64,000 nt of DNA from Macrostomum lignano (Eukaryota): contig NIVC01000137.1 in assembly GCA_002269645.1 (NCBI GenBank), positions 434,001 to 498,000 on the forward strand, written 5' to 3'. Within the stretch, counting starts at the first letter, position 1. Every line of letters starts with the position of its first letter. Made by a program: the position numbers and the translations under genes. Positions 60,010-64,000 of the stretch are shown piece after piece. Under the pieces are notes generated by a model, which worked only from the letters and a program-made list of their open reading frames with translations, was not told the origin of the DNA and did no database searches.

Positions 60010-61468
60010 ATACTATGGGCTTTTTCCAAATATTTATGCAAGTTTTGTTGCTGATGTAGTTCTTGTTGATGCCAATTACCCTGCTACTCCACCTTAATGG
60101 CTTTGTCTTTGGCTTAGGCGCCCCACTGTGAGAGGCCCTGCCACCACTCCCAATAACTTCTGGCCTCCTCCAGTTGCTTGCAGACTGCTTGCAGGCCCTC
60201 ATAGCACCACAACGGCTCAACCTCCTTCTACCATCAGACACCAGGCAGTCCCAGATGTGCTCCATTGACTTATCTTCCATGCCACAGCACTGGCACTGTC
60301 CCTCTTCCTACAGCCCAATTCTTCTCCTGTAAGTAGCCAGCTCAATTGAGTGCCCTGTGCGCATTCTTCTGTAGCTTACTTTCTCTCTGTAGCTGAACCC
60401 CGGGTCTTTTCCTGCCGCTTATGCTTTCATATACCCTCCTCATTCTCTCATGCCTCCACTCTCAAATCTGCCTCCCAATCCACCTCACCCTCTTCGCGAC
60501 CATGCTGGCCAACACCTTCGCATCGTCATGCCCCATCTCATTAACTGCCTCGCCCACCACCTTATCTGCCTCCTCATTCCTGCTGATCCCATAATGGCTA
60601 GGGATCCAGAGCAAGGTCACCCGCTTTTCATTCTGATCTAGCTTTCTGAGCTCCAATGTAATGAGTCTAGCCAGTGGATTTCTTCCATGCCTATTGATAG
60701 TTTGAAGGCTGCTCTTACTGTCCGTGCATACCACCGCTTTACTCCAGTTGTTCTGCTCAGCAGCAAGCCATCTAGTTGCTTCCCAAATAGCATAAAGCTC
60801 TGCTTATGTGGATGATGCGACTCTCCCTCCCGCTATTTTCTTTGACGCTAACGTCTGCTCCATGTCACCTCTCAAAACCACCATTCCCCTATCTCCAGCT
60901 CCTATGCTGTTCACTGAGCCGTCCATGAAGATAACTGCATCTGCCCCTTTGCTAGCTTCCTTGATGCGCACCTTGCCCACTGCTTTGCACTCCTCCTCAT
61001 TGTCCGGCTGCCTGCCTTCTGCAATGATCGAGACACCTTTCCATTCCACTCCCAGTCTTTCTGGGTTCACGTCCTCAAACCTTAGCACTTTCTGATGCCA
61101 TTCCTTCAGCAGCTCCCATGCCCATCTGTTCCAACTCCACCTACTGCGCCTGCCAGTCCCTTTCTCCTCTGCCAGCCTTCTCTTGATTGAGCCTTCTCTA
61201 CATCTAAGCAGCTTGTCCAGCCTCTGCACCACTCTCCAGCTGGCCATTCCGCGTAACTCCTTGGTTCTGCTCTCTTCCCTGACTCCCTCAATCAGTGTTA
61301 TCGCTAGCAGCCCTCTAAAAACTCTTGTAGCCTATCTCTGCAGCACTTCCAGCTTCAACCAGCTCTTATCACTGAGCCATGGCATCCAGGCTATAGATCT
61401 GTATATGATTTTACTCTCAATCACCGCTGTGTACGTCTGCCTCAGGATTTTGCTCTGCCAGCCCTAGT
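60010..61468 (-). mobile_element. 5'-truncated, decayed non-LTR retrotransposon with RNase H (I-group-like)
   Basis: VIFMDGS; VCTDSKSSL..VTLLWIPSHYGISRNEEAD (RNase H); GWQSKILRQTYTAVIESKI (post-RT region); stops and shifts. Confidence 0.8.
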
Positions 61469-62589
61469 CTGCTGATATAATATAGTGATTATTGTCACCA
61501 ATAGTTCATTTGTCCCTAAATTACTGCCAAATTGTCCAACTGTCTATTATCCTAAAGTCTTATCACTAAAATGATTAGTACCTATCTAGATCATTTTAGA
61601 TCTAGTTTCTACTTTCATCTAGTCATGCATGTCAGTATTAAAATCCTATCTTAGATATATGCATGCCAATACATGCCAAAAGTAATAATTCTCTAAAATA
61701 TATACTGAAATTGCAAACAATTTGGTGTGAAAGAGTTTCCTAAAAAGTTTTTGTTTATTATAGGCTAGGCCTTTATTATAGATTGTTAATTTAAAAAGAT
61801 TGAATTAATGTTCAAAAAATGGTATATAATTAGAGTTTTCTATATAGTTTTCAAAGAGAAAATGAGAGAAAGGAGAGCACCTCCAATCCCAGGCACTGAC
61901 ATGGTAGAAAAGACTGAAGAAAGTCAATTTTGTTGAATTGTGGATATTTTGAATTAGGTAAATTCTTTGTCAGGGCTGTAAGCAAGTAAAATTTATTTTG
62001 CATGGATTGCCATCAATATATAAAGGCAATATTGCCAGGGAAAGACAAATTTGATAAATGGGTAGCTCAATTGCTTAAAACAATATGCATGGCCAATATA
62101 TTAAAACAAGTCTAAAACTGAAAAATGCGGAGAGGTGGCTAGAACTGTACAAGTGGGCCTAAATGACCTTTAAGTGTAGGAGAACAATTGTAAAATTAAA
62201 AGGCAAAAAATAGACAAGGCAAATAAAAAGTTAGTAAAAGCTCAGAGCAAAAACGGCAGGTGCACCATACATAGTGTCTGAAAACCCTAGAATAAAAAAG
62301 CAGAGAAAAAATAAACAAAATAAATCAAAGTAAAGCCAATGATAAAAAATTTTACAGAGGGAACACAAAATAGCAATAAAAGAGCATTTGTACAGGTGTC
62401 AGAAAAAGGAATTAGTTGGCAGGATCCAGCTATGACAGAGCAGAGTATAGAGGCTCCTCCCCTTGGTGTAGGTGGGCAGCACTAGGGTCTCGCAGTGCCA
62501 TATCACCCTGTCCTTCACCTTGGCAGCCAGGGCTTTGGAGGTTGTACAGTGCGGTAGGATCAGCAGGATGGCCAAGTTGTATAGCATGC

Positions 62590-63050
62590 TAGTAAGTTCA
62601 TTGGCGCCATGTGGAACACAAGTCCTCAGGACCTCAATGAACTTGGCCTCCTGGCACTAACGCCACTCATTAGCTTTGGGTCCTGTGCCATCGTGTGTCC
62701 AGATGCCAGTGAAGGCGACAATCTATCAGACTGTGGCCATTGCTAGTGAAGTGGTGCACCACCAGAGTGTCGTAGGCATGCCAAATGTCACCAACTTGCC
62801 TATGTGTGCCAGCATGCAACTGCGGATGCTGTTGGCAGTCTTGCCAACGTATACTGTGTGATTGCATTGCGGCAAAACATGGCATAGATGGTGATTGTGG
62901 TCTTACAGTTGATCCTTTGGCTGATGAGTATCTAGATGGTGGTGGCTGCTGAACTGGGATAGATTGTTGAACTGGGTGTGTACCTGGCAGCACTTGCAGA
63001 GTTGGGCTGGGTTGCATAGTAGAAAAAACCAAACTCCCATTGTCTAGTTT
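62590..63050 (-). mobile_element. decayed GIY-YIG endonuclease fragment of a Penelope-like element
   Basis: Across frameshifts: INCKTTITIYAMFCR.CNHTVYVGKTANSIRS..HI.DIWHAYDTLVVHHFTSNGHS..QEAKFIEVLRTCVPHGANE. Confidence 0.75.
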
Positions 63051-63207
63051 GGTAGAAGCCCAGCTCCGTCAGCACATGATACTTGATAGTGTGGAGGAAG
63101 TGCTGGCTGTAGCCTTGGTGTTGCACCAGATTCAGTATCAGCCCAGTGCACGCTGCATCAAAGTTGGCCATCTGGGAGCTTTGTTGGGTGGAGTTTTCTA
63201 TATAGTT

Positions 63208-63238
<31 letters not shown>

Positions 63239-64000
63239 GAGGGCACCTCAAATCTCAGGCACTGACACAATGAAAGGACTGATGTAAGTTTGTTTAGTTG
63301 AAGTTCTAATATTTTGAATTAGTTACTCCTTGTCAGGGTAGAATGAAGGAAAGAGAAAGAAAAGAGAAAAGAAAGGTCATGTGTATTGAGCAAAAAAAGT
63401 ATATAGGATGTTGGCTACCAGTTTTAAGCCTCTGTGCTCTTTGTCAGGCCAAACTATTAGGGTATAATGCAATGCAAGTTTTCATTTTTAAGTATTATTT
63501 TTGTCAGTCTAATAAAAATGACCAGCTATACATGTTGTCAGTAGCTATAGGCTTTCCACTAGTCGTTTTTTGACAATATGTTTTGTATATTAAAAAAATC
63601 TAAGAAATGCATATATTCAAGGTAAAAGCATGAGTTGATATTGCAAGTACAAACAATAAATGTGAATATAATATACAACAATGTACATTAATATCATGGG
63701 TCAATAGATAAAATAAGCAAGAAAGGCATTGGTTAAAACAATTCAGTGGTTTTCTGGCTGAGATTTAAACTTATTTGGAGCCAGGAGGCTCTGTAATTTT
63801 TGTTGCCATATAAAATGAGGGCAGAAAGAGGGAGAGAAAGAAAGAAAGGGAGGGAGAGAGAGTAGGCATACAGAAATACAGAACAATAGGCATTTGTGTT
63901 GTCTTGAAAGATTTCAATAAGATAAAATATTTACTAGTCAGATTCTTTTGGGTGTTTTTTGTGTCAATTTTTTTACTTTTAATAGTTTTGACTAATAGTT

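Overview
Repeat-rich animal genomic DNA with spliceosomal introns, tRNA-derived SINEs and satellites. The species cannot be determined from the window; the gene style recalls a free-living flatworm, which is inference only. Host genes: two paralogous LRAT/NlpC-P60-like multi-pass membrane proteins lacking the catalytic His and Cys (2.3-4.6 kb, 25.4-27.9 kb), a secreted C-type lectin + PAN/Apple protein (41.8-42.5 kb) and its pseudogene (51.0-51.6 kb). The interval 8590-22963 holds two nested, decayed Ty3/Gypsy elements on the minus strand. Outer element A is Mag-like with short LTRs and a 5-bp TSD. Inner element B (12004-22668) has 1.2-kb LTRs and a 4-bp TSD. Main discovery: in B, the -1 frame reached through a canonical UUUAAAC + hairpin signal encodes a cold-shock domain and a long coiled coil between Gag and protease; the ORF track truncates this domain. 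Other content: five copies of one tRNA-derived SINE, a hammerhead-ribozyme motif, a mariner interrupted by a 2-kb solo LTR, hAT-type MITEs, LINE and Penelope fragments, 12/14/21/23/30-bp tandem arrays, and a strongly CpG-depleted last ~5.6 kb. All translations, counts and boundaries were made by eye and should be verified computationally.
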